A stretch of DNA of 64,000 nucleotides, from assembly GCA_029262275.1 (NCBI GenBank), contig JAJCZS010000032.1:5623-69622 (forward strand). The letters run 5' to 3'. Below are positions 24,169 through 35,240 of this stretch, piece by piece. Every line of letters starts with the position of its first letter. Position 1 is the first letter of the stretch. This DNA is from Deltaproteobacteria bacterium. GTDB lineage: Bacteria > Desulfobacterota_D > UBA1144 > Nemesobacterales > UBA2774. A model generated the notes under the pieces. It saw nothing but the letters and a program-made list of their open reading frames with translations, did no database searches and was not told where the DNA came from. Both the position numbers and the translations under genes were made by a program.

Positions 24169-24678
24169 TTACTCGAGAAGGCCTTCAACAGGGGAAATGA
24201 TGATCTTGGACCGTTCCAAGTCTACTTCCTTCACTATTGGTTCCGTAAGCGGTATCAAGTACTCTTTATCTTCATTTTTGACTACTAGGAGGCTTTGTAG
24301 GGATCGATCGACTAAATTCTCTACAACACCTATAAACTGGCCCTCATCGGTGTATGTATTAAGTCCTATTAGATCAAACCAGTAGTATTCATCATCTTCA
24401 AGTTTGTTCAGGTCTGAAGTTTCTACATAGACAATACTACCCACAAGCTTCTCAGCATCTTCTATAGAATTTACCCCTTGAATTTTGAAGATAGCTGAAT
24501 TTTTATGTATTCGACTCTTACTGATTATTAATTCTAATGGGGATCCGCCAGATGTTTTGTATATAAATATCCTCTCCAGCGTAGAAAGATTGTCTAGTTG
24601 GCGGCTAAATGGAAAAAACCTTACTTCTCCTGCTAGCCCATGTACTTTAGAGATTTTTCCAAACGAAATTAGTCCCAT
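24169..24678 (-). CDS. rimM: 16S rRNA processing protein RimM
   Basis: HGLAGEVRFFPF N-terminal barrel and a PRC-like C-terminus, in the conserved position between the KH protein gene and trmD. Confidence 0.85.
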   Translation of the reverse strand: MGLISFGKISKVHGLAGEVRFFPFSRQLDNLSTLERIFIYKTSGGSPLELIISKSRIHKNSAIFKIQGVNSIEDAEKLVGSIVYVETSDLNKLEDDEYYWFDLIGLNTYTDEGQFIGVVENLVDRSLQSLLVVKNEDKEYLIPLTEPIVKEVDLERSKIIISPVEGLLE

Positions 24679-24701
24679 ATTTTAAGAAAAAAGGACATCT
24701 C

Positions 24702-24941
24702 TTACTCGAGGATTTCGAGCACAGCCCTCTTTCTCATTTTAGCAGCTGCAGCGCCTAGAATTGTTCTAATAGCTTTAGCAGTTCTTCCCTGCTTACCTAT
24801 TATCTTACCCAAGTCTTCTTGGGCAACTTTCAATTCAAGTACCGCTGTCTGCTCTCCCGCAACCTCACGTACTTCAACTTTATCAGGACTATCTACCAGG
24901 GATTGCGCAATGAAAGTTACAAGCTCCTTTAGTCTATCCAT
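24702..24941 (-). CDS. KH-domain RNA-binding protein (YlqC/UPF0109 family)
   Basis: [20 protein letters not shown] motif, in the conserved position between rpsP and rimM. Confidence 0.8.
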   Translation of the reverse strand: MDRLKELVTFIAQSLVDSPDKVEVREVAGEQTAVLELKVAQEDLGKIIGKQGRTAKAIRTILGAAAAKMRKRAVLEILE

Positions 24942-25005
24942 AACTGATACCTCCCATGTATAGTATCAATATACAAGCACTTTCTTATTCGTTACAGTTT
25001 TAGCC

Positions 25006-25239
25006 CTAGTTTAATGTAGAAATAAGTTTGTCTACTCTTACAGATTTTTGTGCGCCTTTGCTAACCCAATCCTCTACCCTTTCAGTCTTAACCTCTAAGA
25101 CATGAGGTTTTTGTCTCGGATCATAGTAGCCCAAAATCTCAAGAAATTTACCATCACGTGGTGAGCGGGAATCTGCCGCTACAATCCTATAAAAAGGCCT
25201 CTTCTTAGATCCGGCTCTCATAAGTCTTATTTTAACCAA
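25006..25239 (-). CDS. rpsP: 30S ribosomal protein S16
   Basis: [41 protein letters not shown]. Confidence 0.95.
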   Translation of the reverse strand: MVKIRLMRAGSKKRPFYRIVAADSRSPRDGKFLEILGYYDPRQKPHVLEVKTERVEDWVSKGAQKSVRVDKLISTLN

Positions 25240-25282
25240 GCTATATATACCTCCTTAAAGTATATAAATATAATAAACTATA

Positions 25283-26617
25283 TTACCTAACTTTCATCAT
25301 TCTTTTTGCTAACTTGCCCATTTTCCCCATATTCCCCATCATTTTTCTCATTTGCATATAATTTTTGATCATGCGATTAATGTCCTCAACCCTGGTACCA
25401 CTACCTTTTGCAATCCTTTTGCGTCTTGAGCCATTTATAATTGTATGGTTAAGTCTTTCTTGAGGAGTCATTGAGTCAATCATCGCAATTGTTTTCTTTA
25501 TTTCTTTCTCAGCGGTCTCAAGCGCTTTGGGATCATTAGAAACTTGTTTCATTCCAGGGATCATCTGAGTCATACTCTCTAGTGAACCCATTTTGTTCAT
25601 TGTTAGCATGGCGTCCTTAAAGTCAGCTAGTGAAAACTGTTTCTTAAGGAGCTTCTTGGCCATGTCCTCAGCTTTTTTATCTTCAAAAGCTGATTGAGCT
25701 TTTTCTATAAAGCTTAGAACATCTCCCATTCCCAAAATTCGAGATGCTATTCTATCGGGATGAAATACTTCAATTGCATCAAGTTTCTCACCAGTACCAA
25801 AGAACTTGATTGGTTTTCCAGTAACAGCTTTTATTGATAACGCAGCACCGCCTCTTGCGTCACCGTCCATTTTTGTAAGCACAACACCGTCTATGTCGAT
25901 AGCCTCATTAAAACTAGATGAGACATTAACCGCATCCTGACCCGTCATGGCATCGGCCACAAGCAATACTTGGTGAGGATTCACTGCGGACTTAATATTC
26001 TTAAGCTCATCCATGAGCTCTTCATCTATATGGAGTCTTCCTGCTGTATCTATGATTACAGTGTCATAGCCATTATTGCGAGCTATTTCCATGGCATCTT
26101 TAGCTATCTCTACGGGCTGTGCACCAGGCGGGGTATCGTAGACTCCCACATCTATTTGTCCAGCAAGAACTTTAAGCTGGTCAATAGCCGCTGGTCTGTA
26201 AACGTCAGCAGGTACTAAATAAGGATTTCTGTTTAGTTTCTCTTTTAAGAATCTTGCAATTTTAGAAGCTGAGGTTGTTTTACCAGATCCCTGAAGCCCA
26301 ATTAGCATAATGCCTACAGGAGGGCTAGCTTTTAGATCAAGCTCAGAGCTTTGGTCACCAAGTACACCAATTAGCTCTTCGTGAACGATTTTTATAAACT
26401 GCTGACCTGGGCTAAGACTTTGTGCTACTTCCTGTCCTAGAGCCCGTTCTTTGACCGAGTTTATAAAGTCCCTTACAACTTTAAAGTTAACATCTGCTTC
26501 TAATAAACTGAGTCTGACCTCACGCAAAGCTTCCTCAATATTCTGCTCGCTGAGCTTTCCGTAACCCCTTACTCTTTTTAAAGTAGTATTAAGTTTTTCT
26601 GATATTCCTTCAAACAT
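25283..26617 (-). CDS. ffh: signal recognition particle protein Ffh
   Basis: NG domain (GLQGSGKTTSASKIA; DTAGRL) and a Met-rich M domain (MIKNYMQMRKMMGNMGKMGK). Confidence 0.95.
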   Translation of the reverse strand: MFEGISEKLNTTLKRVRGYGKLSEQNIEEALREVRLSLLEADVNFKVVRDFINSVKERALGQEVAQSLSPGQQFIKIVHEELIGVLGDQSSELDLKASPPVGIMLIGLQGSGKTTSASKIARFLKEKLNRNPYLVPADVYRPAAIDQLKVLAGQIDVGVYDTPPGAQPVEIAKDAMEIARNNGYDTVIIDTAGRLHIDEELMDELKNIKSAVNPHQVLLVADAMTGQDAVNVSSSFNEAIDIDGVVLTKMDGDARGGAALSIKAVTGKPIKFFGTGEKLDAIEVFHPDRIASRILGMGDVLSFIEKAQSAFEDKKAEDMAKKLLKKQFSLADFKDAMLTMNKMGSLESMTQMIPGMKQVSNDPKALETAEKEIKKTIAMIDSMTPQERLNHTIINGSRRKRIAKGSGTRVEDINRMIKNYMQMRKMMGNMGKMGKLAKRMMKVR

Positions 26618-26776
26618 TAGCTCTTAAAATACACCTCTCCTGTCAAAATACAAACGTTAATAATTATCATAACTTAGGGTCGTTGTCAAATATATAAGCA
26701 GTAGTAAATTAAGGCTTTTTTCTAAATAATACTGGGCTTTTCAAGGGAATGAAAAGAGCAAATTTAATAAATACCA

Positions 26777-28021
26777 TTATAAGTTATCGATTCTCTGTAA
26801 TTGGTATACTTTTCCATCAAATGACGCTATGTACAGTTCCCCTTGTTCATCTAATCCAAAGGCCACAATTGAGAATGGGTTAAATTGAAGTAGTTCTATG
26901 TTATCGACGACATTTGCACCATCATAATCAAGCGCCCATATCCTACCAGATATAAAATCTGCATATATATACCTTCCAAAGAGCTCTGGGAATTCATCTC
27001 CATAATAGATAACACCCCCAATAACTGATCCTCCCTGATTTCTACCATACTCGAGCACTGGAAGCTCAAAATCTGAGGGGTTACATCCTGCCGGAGGGGT
27101 AAAACATAGAGTTCCTTCAACAATCGGCCATCCGTAGTTGCCACCATTATTAATAATATTGATTTCTTCTCTTGAGTTTTGCCCTACATCACCACTCCAT
27201 AGACTTCCTGACACTACATCAAATGCGACTCTCCAAGGATTACGGAGACCATAAGCATAAATTTCCTCTCTGAGGCCACTTGGGTTATTTGCGAAGGGAT
27301 TGCTTGGAGGTATTCCGTAATTAAGCTGGCCTTGGGGATTATCAACATCAATTCGTATGATTGTTCCAAGCAGGCTAGTTAAATTCTGACTTTCATTGCT
27401 ATCATCTCCACCATCACCAATTGAAATATATAAATATCCGTCTTGCGGACCGAAGACTAATTGTCCTCCGTTATGATTTGTGTCTGGTTGAGGAATTTCA
27501 AGAAGGATAAGTTCATTTTGAATATCTGCTGAGTCAGGGTTAGTTGGACTGACACTAAAGCGTGAAATGACATTCCTCCGGGGGTTGCTAGCAATATAAT
27601 GAACATAGAAATGGCCATTGTTTGCGAAATCTGGGTGGAAAGCAAAACCTAGGAGTCCCTGTTCTCCGCCCTCCAATACTTGATTCTCTATATCCAGAAA
27701 CACGCTAGAAGAGGCATTTCTTGCTGAAATATCATTGACCAGTGTATTTGGAGGGTTGCTTAAGACACGTATAACTCCTCTTTGCTCGGCAATAAAGATG
27801 CGGTTTGTTCCATCAGCTGGGTTTTGTATATCAAGGGGATTCTCAAAACTCAAATTGGGAAATGCATTTGTTAAGCTAAATTGATTTTCAATGCCAGGGT
27901 TTTGAGTTGGTCTAGGTGTGGGTTGTGGACTTCCAGAAGAGTTCCCTCCCCCGGAATCACATGATGCTAAGTAAAGAAGTGCTATGAATATGGATATAAT
28001 AAAAAAATTGCTTCGGCACAT
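26777..28021 (-). CDS. secreted PQQ-dependent sugar dehydrogenase (soluble glucose/sorbosone dehydrogenase family)
   Basis: Signal peptide plus the beta-propeller signatures GLLGFAFHPDF and HNGGQLVFGPQDGYLYISIGDGG. Confidence 0.75.
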   Translation of the reverse strand: MCRSNFFIISIFIALLYLASCDSGGGNSSGSPQPTPRPTQNPGIENQFSLTNAFPNLSFENPLDIQNPADGTNRIFIAEQRGVIRVLSNPPNTLVNDISARNASSSVFLDIENQVLEGGEQGLLGFAFHPDFANNGHFYVHYIASNPRRNVISRFSVSPTNPDSADIQNELILLEIPQPDTNHNGGQLVFGPQDGYLYISIGDGGDDSNESQNLTSLLGTIIRIDVDNPQGQLNYGIPPSNPFANNPSGLREEIYAYGLRNPWRVAFDVVSGSLWSGDVGQNSREEINIINNGGNYGWPIVEGTLCFTPPAGCNPSDFELPVLEYGRNQGGSVIGGVIYYGDEFPELFGRYIYADFISGRIWALDYDGANVVDNIELLQFNPFSIVAFGLDEQGELYIASFDGKVYQLQRIDNL

Positions 28022-28076
28022 GTTAGATTTCCTTGCTTAGATAGCAATTTCCTAACTATACCTTATAAAAACAAAT

Positions 28077-28793
28077 TTATGTTAAAGTTTCTCCAGGTTT
28101 TAATTCTATTATTTCCATGCCCTCTATATCTGCTGTCAGATTTCTTAATTCCTCAGGAGTTCCGGTTAATAACGGGAAAGTGCCATAATGCATGGGAATT
28201 ACATACTTGGGTGTGAGAAAACTACATGCACGGGATGCTTCAAGCGGCGACATTGTAAACAAATCCCCGATTGGGATCATAACAAGCTCAGGGTTATAAA
28301 GCTCAGCTATAAGCTTCATATCGCTAAATACAGCCGTATCGCCAGCATGATATATCTTAAATCCGTTCTCAAACTCTATAACATATCCAGCCGCTTCTCC
28401 CCCATAACCAATAGTGCCGTCTTCTTCCTGAATTCCGCAGCTGTGGTCAGCATGAACCATTGTAAATTTTATTCCGTCCACTTCTTGAGTGCCACCCTTA
28501 TTCATGGGCAGTATGTTTTCTACCCCTTTGTTGTTTAGCCATACACAGGTTTCGTAGATTCCAATTACTTTAGGCTGAAAATCATTTCCGATACGAACGC
28601 TGTCACCTATGTGATCAAAATGGGCGTGGGTTATAGCCAGTATGTCTACCTGATCTATTTTCTTTAAGTTCTCCGGGCACTTGGGGTTGCCATCTACCCA
28701 AGGATCGACTATTAATATTTTCCCCTGAGCAGACTTTATTTTAAAAGTAGAGTGCCCCATGTATGTAAGTTCTATTCCTTTTCCAAGATTCAT
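28077..28793 (-). CDS. metallo-beta-lactamase-fold metal-dependent hydrolase (UPF0173-like)
   Basis: HAHFDH metal-binding motif within ILAITHAHFDHIGD. Confidence 0.8.
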   Translation of the reverse strand: MNLGKGIELTYMGHSTFKIKSAQGKILIVDPWVDGNPKCPENLKKIDQVDILAITHAHFDHIGDSVRIGNDFQPKVIGIYETCVWLNNKGVENILPMNKGGTQEVDGIKFTMVHADHSCGIQEEDGTIGYGGEAAGYVIEFENGFKIYHAGDTAVFSDMKLIAELYNPELVMIPIGDLFTMSPLEASRACSFLTPKYVIPMHYGTFPLLTGTPEELRNLTADIEGMEIIELKPGETLT

Positions 28794-28903
28794 TCTTGTC
28801 CCCCGTCTCTAATATTTTACAGTAGTAATTTGAAAAGAGAAATTGCTAATGATAGATTAAAAGCCACAAAGTAGTATCTCATACATAAAAATTTGCAAAT
28901 TAA

Positions 28904-30199
<1,296 letters not shown>

Positions 30200-30200
30200 A

Positions 30201-30779
30201 TTAGACTTCAAGAATCTCTTTTTCTTTATTCTCTAGCATTTCGTTAATGTCTTTAATGAACTTGTCAGTAAGTTTTTGGACATTATCAAGATTCTTTTTA
30301 ATACGATCTTCCGGAATGCCTTCTTCTTTCTCAAGAGATTTAACAAAATGATTAACGTCGTGTCTGACTTGTCTTATTGAAACTCTGAAATCTTCGGCAA
30401 CCTTAGCTACATATTTTACAAGTTCTTTCCTGCGGTCCTCAGTTAGTGTAGGAATATTAATTCTAATTACTTTTCCATCATTTGAAGGGTTAATGCCTAA
30501 TTCAGATTTCATTATAGCTTTTTCAACTTCTGGTATGGCACTTACGTCCCATGGTTGGATTAGAATTGTCCTAGATTCAGGAGTAGATACAGTCGCTAAT
30601 TGGTTAATTGGTGTTTCGGCTCCGTAATAATCTACGATTATATGATCTACAAGCCCTGAGCTCGCTCTTCCAGTTCTTATTTTGGTAAGCTCGCCATCAA
30701 AGGCAGATAGTGTTTTCTTCATCCTCTCTTGAGTATCATTGAGAATGTCGTCTAACATGTTATCACACATCTTTATCAC
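30201..30779 (-). CDS. frr: ribosome recycling factor
   Basis: Frr signature ([30 protein letters not shown]). Confidence 0.9.
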   Translation of the reverse strand: MIKMCDNMLDDILNDTQERMKKTLSAFDGELTKIRTGRASSGLVDHIIVDYYGAETPINQLATVSTPESRTILIQPWDVSAIPEVEKAIMKSELGINPSNDGKVIRINIPTLTEDRRKELVKYVAKVAEDFRVSIRQVRHDVNHFVKSLEKEEGIPEDRIKKNLDNVQKLTDKFIKDINEMLENKEKEILEV

Positions 30780-31515
30780 TCCTTACAATAGTTCCTATTT
30801 CACTACCCATTATAACTTTTTTTATATTACCATTTTCAAACAAATTAAACACTATTATTGGTATATTTCCTTGCATGCATAGGGAAATTGCAGTGGCATC
30901 CATAATTTTCAATTCGTTTTTTAGGACTTCCATATAGGTTAGTTTCTTGAACTTTACTGCATCATCGTATTGCATGGGGTCTTTATCATAGACACCATCT
31001 ACTTTGGTTGCTTTGAGGATTAAATCAGCACCAATCTCAAGCGCTCTAAGTGTTGCAGCAGTATCAGTTGTGAAAAAAGGGTTACCTGTTCCGGCAGCGA
31101 ATATTACGACCCTGCCTTTCTGAAGGTGTCTTACGGCACGTCTTCTAATATAAGGTTCAGCAACCTGTTCTATATTGAGTGCGGTTTGAACTCTGGTGTG
31201 GATATCTTTCTTTTCTAGAGAATCCTGCAGGGCCAGCGCGTTCATTACGGTAGCCAGCATCCCCATATAATCCCCAGTAGAACGGTCGATTCCCTTGGAT
31301 GCTCCGGCAACGCCTCTGAATATGTTTCCACCACCGATAACAATGGCTATCTCTATGTTGAGCCTGCTTACATCGGCAATTTCACTTGAGATAGTATCAA
31401 GGACTTCAGCGCTTATGCCATATCCCTGTTCTCCCTGAAGTGCTTCTCCGCTTAATTTAAGCAGGACTTTGCGGTACTTTGGTTCTTTGTTTGAAGGAGT
31501 TTTGGTAGATGACAT
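30763..31515 (-). CDS. pyrH: UMP kinase
   Basis: [14 protein letters not shown] and [17 protein letters not shown] motifs. Overlaps frr by 17 nt. Confidence 0.95.
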   Translation of the reverse strand: MSSTKTPSNKEPKYRKVLLKLSGEALQGEQGYGISAEVLDTISSEIADVSRLNIEIAIVIGGGNIFRGVAGASKGIDRSTGDYMGMLATVMNALALQDSLEKKDIHTRVQTALNIEQVAEPYIRRRAVRHLQKGRVVIFAAGTGNPFFTTDTAATLRALEIGADLILKATKVDGVYDKDPMQYDDAVKFKKLTYMEVLKNELKIMDATAISLCMQGNIPIIVFNLFENGNIKKVIMGSEIGTIVRSDKDV

Positions 31516-31527
31516 AGTTGCTTGTAT

Positions 31528-32133
31528 TTAATCTAGAGGTTCTCCTAATTGAAACCTTGTGAACCTTCTAACTTTGATGTTTTCTCCGATTTTGGCTATT
31601 AGAGCCTGTAGTATGTCATCTATTTTTAATTTTGAGTCTCTGATATAAGTCTGATTAAGTAGGCATACTTCCTCGTAGAATTTTTTTATCTTACCTTCAA
31701 CCATCTTCTCAGCAATCTCTGCAGGTTTGCCCGATTCCAGAACCTGAGCTCTCATAACTTCTTTTTCCCTTTCAAGCTCTGATTCGGGGATGTCGTCTTT
31801 ACTTACATAAACGGGATTAGCCGCAGCTATCTGCATAGCAACTTCTCTTGCAAATGCCTGAAACTCTTCGTTCCTAGCTACAAAGTCAGTCTCACAGTTT
31901 ATTTCAACCATAACACCTATTTTGCCTCCTGCATGTATATAAGACATGACAGTTCCTTCAGGAGTTTCTCTACCAACCTTTTTTGATGCTTTTGCTACGC
32001 CTCTAATTTTTAATATATCAAGAGCCTTATCCATATCTCCTGAAACTTCTTCTAAAGCATTTTTGCAATCAATAAATGGAGCTCCTGTTGAATCTCTAAG
32101 GTCCTTGACCATTTGTGCTGTTATTTCGGCCAT
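31528..32133 (-). CDS. tsf: elongation factor Ts (short form)
   Basis: ITAQMVKDLRDSTGAPFIDCKNAL N-terminal UBA-like domain and a single dimerisation-core repeat. Confidence 0.9.
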   Translation of the reverse strand: MAEITAQMVKDLRDSTGAPFIDCKNALEEVSGDMDKALDILKIRGVAKASKKVGRETPEGTVMSYIHAGGKIGVMVEINCETDFVARNEEFQAFAREVAMQIAAANPVYVSKDDIPESELEREKEVMRAQVLESGKPAEIAEKMVEGKIKKFYEEVCLLNQTYIRDSKLKIDDILQALIAKIGENIKVRRFTRFQLGEPLD

Positions 32134-32140
32134 AGTAAAT

Positions 32141-33166
32141 CTAATCCTCCTTCTTGGTTTCTACTTCAGTTGTTGCTGAAGCACTTTCTGTCTGAGTTTG
32201 TGTATCTTCTGCTGGAGGTGTAGGAGCTGTTTCTACTGGTGCAGTGGCCCCACTTTCCACAGGAGTCTCTACTGGCTGTTCTGGTTGAGCTTTTGTCTCA
32301 CCAGGAGTGGATTCGGATACAGCTACTGAGGTTGAACCTTCTTTATCGCCTTGCTCTCCAAATTCTTTGAATACAAATACTTTTCTTTCTACAACAACCT
32401 TTGATTCTTGTTCTTTCACTACTACTTCTCCTGCTTGAAGCTTTTGTTCATAAATATGTTTTCCTTCTACACAGGCGTCCGAAATTCTAGATGTGAAGAG
32501 TTTGATTGCTCTAATTGCATCATCGTTGCTTGGTATAATCAAATCAGCATCCGCAGGATTGGCGTTTGTATCTACAACTCCAATAATTGGAATCCCCAAT
32601 TTTCTAGCTTCGTTTACAGCAATATGCTCTTTTCTGGTATCTACTATGTATAGAGCCTGAGGAACACTCTTCATGGTTACTATTCCTCCCAACAAATGCT
32701 CCAACTTTTGTATCTCTCTTTTAAGGTTTTTAACCTCTTTCTTGGGAAGGTGATCCATGTGACCTTCTTCCTCAAGTTGTTTTAGCTCTAATAGATAATC
32801 TATTCTAGCTCGGATTGTAGGGAAATTTGTAAGTGTCCCTCCAAGCCAGCGTGTATTAATGTAAGGCATACCAGACTTTATTGTTTCTTCTGCAATGATG
32901 CCCTGAGCTTGCTTTTTTGTACCTACAAAAAGCACCGTGCCGCCTTCAGCTACAATGTCTCTTACAAAGTTGTATGCTGTCTTAAATAAACCTACAGTTT
33001 GCTGAAGGTCTATTATGTGAATTCCATTTCTGCTACCGAATATATAGTCCTTCATCTTTGGGTTCCAGTGACTAATCTGGTGACCAAAATGAACACCGGC
33101 TTCAAGAAGCTGTTTCATGCTAATTGCTTCGTTGGCCGCTTCGGACTGTTGTGTTTCTTCTGCCAT
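32141..33166 (-). CDS. rpsB: 30S ribosomal protein S2 with ~90-aa Glu/Pro/Thr-rich C-terminal extension
   Basis: S2 core ([11 protein letters not shown]...), then a low-complexity tail ([55 protein letters not shown]). Confidence 0.95.
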   Translation of the reverse strand: MAEETQQSEAANEAISMKQLLEAGVHFGHQISHWNPKMKDYIFGSRNGIHIIDLQQTVGLFKTAYNFVRDIVAEGGTVLFVGTKKQAQGIIAEETIKSGMPYINTRWLGGTLTNFPTIRARIDYLLELKQLEEEGHMDHLPKKEVKNLKREIQKLEHLLGGIVTMKSVPQALYIVDTRKEHIAVNEARKLGIPIIGVVDTNANPADADLIIPSNDDAIRAIKLFTSRISDACVEGKHIYEQKLQAGEVVVKEQESKVVVERKVFVFKEFGEQGDKEGSTSVAVSESTPGETKAQPEQPVETPVESGATAPVETAPTPPAEDTQTQTESASATTEVETKKED

Positions 33167-33287
33167 TAAAAATGCCTCCTATTTTTGTCAGACCAATTAT
33201 CAAGATAAACGAAGTTATTTAACATATAAAATGGTGTTTATCAAGTATTCGGGATGAAAACCACACATAATACAAATAAATATTACT

Positions 33288-34229
33288 GTGGTAAACTGTA
33301 GGGAATTTTACAGCAAAGAGGGAATTTTGAAAGAGCCTAATTATAAATTTATCATAAATCCAACTGCCGGGCATGGCAGAACTAACAATGCCTCTAATCT
33401 TATACAAGCTTATATAGCAGGCAAAAATGTAAAATGTGATTTTATATTTACCTCTAAGCCGGGACAAGCAGAGCAATTTGCGAGAGATGCTGTAGAAGAG
33501 GGGTTCACTCATATAATTTCAGTTGGCGGAGATGGAACATCCCATGAAGTGGTTAACGGGCTCATAGGAGCAAATGGTTTTATAGAGGCAGATGTGGTTT
33601 TTGGAATAATCCCCTCTGGCAGTGGGAATGATTTTCCTAAGTCCGCTTCGATCCCACTAGATGTAGACCAGGCCATAGAGACTGTGTTTTCAGGAAAAGA
33701 AAGAAAGGTTGATATTGGCAAATTGGGTGATAAGTACTTTATTAATGGTCTAGGAATCGGTCTTGATGGTGCGGTGGCTCATAGATTTAAGAAACTAAAA
33801 TTACTAAGAGGGCAGTTTGGTTATCTTTTAGGTTCAGTTCAAGAGGCGCTAGGCTTTAAAGGATTTGAAGTTCAAGTGAAGATTGATGATTGGAATTATG
33901 AAGGGATGTTACTTCTTATGGGCGCTTCCAATGGACTCTTTCAGGGAGGCAAATTTAAGCTTGCACCAGAAGCTGTAATAGATGATGGGCTACTTGATTT
34001 TCATCTTATAAAAGACATGTCTATTTTTAATAGACTTATTAAAATACCCAAGGTGCTGGAAGGCTCTCATGCCGATCTAGATGAAGTAGAGATTAAAAGG
34101 GCTACAAATATGGAGATTGCAATACAAAATAGACTCCCTGCTCATATGGATGGGGAGCCTTTTTATCTAGAGGAAGGGGTTCACAATATTGAATTAGTTC
34201 CCTCTGGGCTTAAAATATTGTCTGCTTGA
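33288..34229 (+). CDS. diacylglycerol/lipid kinase family protein (DagK/YegS-like)
   Basis: FIINPTAGHG plus the GGDGT motif (ISVGGDGTSHEVVNGL). The true start may be the TTG at 33327. Confidence 0.8.
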   Translation: MVNCREFYSKEGILKEPNYKFIINPTAGHGRTNNASNLIQAYIAGKNVKCDFIFTSKPGQAEQFARDAVEEGFTHIISVGGDGTSHEVVNGLIGANGFIEADVVFGIIPSGSGNDFPKSASIPLDVDQAIETVFSGKERKVDIGKLGDKYFINGLGIGLDGAVAHRFKKLKLLRGQFGYLLGSVQEALGFKGFEVQVKIDDWNYEGMLLLMGASNGLFQGGKFKLAPEAVIDDGLLDFHLIKDMSIFNRLIKIPKVLEGSHADLDEVEIKRATNMEIAIQNRLPAHMDGEPFYLEEGVHNIELVPSGLKILSA

Positions 34230-34295
34230 CAAATATTTCATAACGTATGAATCTAGATGCGATAAAAAATACAGTTTTTCTTGGATTAGTTAAAT

Positions 34296-35006
34296 ATGCT
34301 TAGAACAATATATTGCGCAATTATTTTTGTGGTTTTTACAACTTTCTTTGGTATCATCGGGATGATTTTATCCCTCACTTATCGTCCTTTTGTCACTAAG
34401 TATGCTGTAAAGCCTTGGGCAAAATCGAATTTGTGGGCAGCAGGTATAAGGCTTGATGTAGAGGGACTTGAGAATATACCAACAGAGCCCTGCATAATAA
34501 TGTTTAATCATCAGAGCGCTCTCGATATTCTTGCTTATATGTCCATTTTGCCTATAGACTGGCGGGCAATTATGAAAAGGGAAGTGGGTCAAATTCCATT
34601 TATTGGCTGGGTAGCTAGGTTATCTGGACACTATCTTGTGGCAAGAGATGGATCAAGTTCAGATACAAAGGAAGTTAAAAAGATAGTTAGCAAAATTCGC
34701 TCAGGCCCTACGGTTGTCGTAGCTCCAGAGGGAACCAGAAGTAAGGATGGGAAGTTGCTGCCTTTTCAAAAAGGCGGGTTTTTGATTGCAGTTCTAGCAA
34801 GGGTCCCAGTTGTAACTATGGTAATTACAGGGGGTATTGAACTGCTCTCTAAAGGTTCCAGACACCCGAACCCAGGTACGATGAAAATTAAATTATTGCC
34901 TCCAATATCTGTAGATGATATGCCAAAGGGTAGAGAAGGCAGAGAGAAGCTAATGCATATAGTAAGAGAACAGATGGAAGAAGTATTAGCGGTTGAGGGA
35001 TATTAA
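34296..35006 (+). CDS. plsC: 1-acyl-sn-glycerol-3-phosphate acyltransferase
   Basis: HxxxxD box (FNHQSALD) and VAPEGTRS motif. Confidence 0.8.
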   Translation: MLRTIYCAIIFVVFTTFFGIIGMILSLTYRPFVTKYAVKPWAKSNLWAAGIRLDVEGLENIPTEPCIIMFNHQSALDILAYMSILPIDWRAIMKREVGQIPFIGWVARLSGHYLVARDGSSSDTKEVKKIVSKIRSGPTVVVAPEGTRSKDGKLLPFQKGGFLIAVLARVPVVTMVITGGIELLSKGSRHPNPGTMKIKLLPPISVDDMPKGREGREKLMHIVREQMEEVLAVEGY

Positions 35007-35096
35007 GAGAAAGTTGACCAAATAAATCCATTCCTTGTTTCTTGATTTCTGCAATTACTCGTTAATAATTAGTAACCCTAGTTTGTTGAGTAACGT

Positions 35097-35120
35097 CTAT
35101 CAATAGTCTATAATTGATAG
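35097..35120. promoter_or_regulatory. perfect 8-bp inverted repeat CTATCAAT-N8-ATTGATAG (operator-like) upstream of the 569-aa orphan gene
   Basis: Read directly from the sequence. A direct repeat AAGTTCAATA occurs twice (35176-35185 and 35191-35200) closer to the start codon. Confidence 0.4.
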
Positions 35121-35240
35121 TCCGCTTATTATTAAGTCTGGGGAATTAATAAAGGGGAATAAATACAGTAGTAATAAGTTCAATAATATTAAGTTCAATA
35201 GATATCTAGAATTGGCAGTGAAGCAATATTTAATTGGGAT

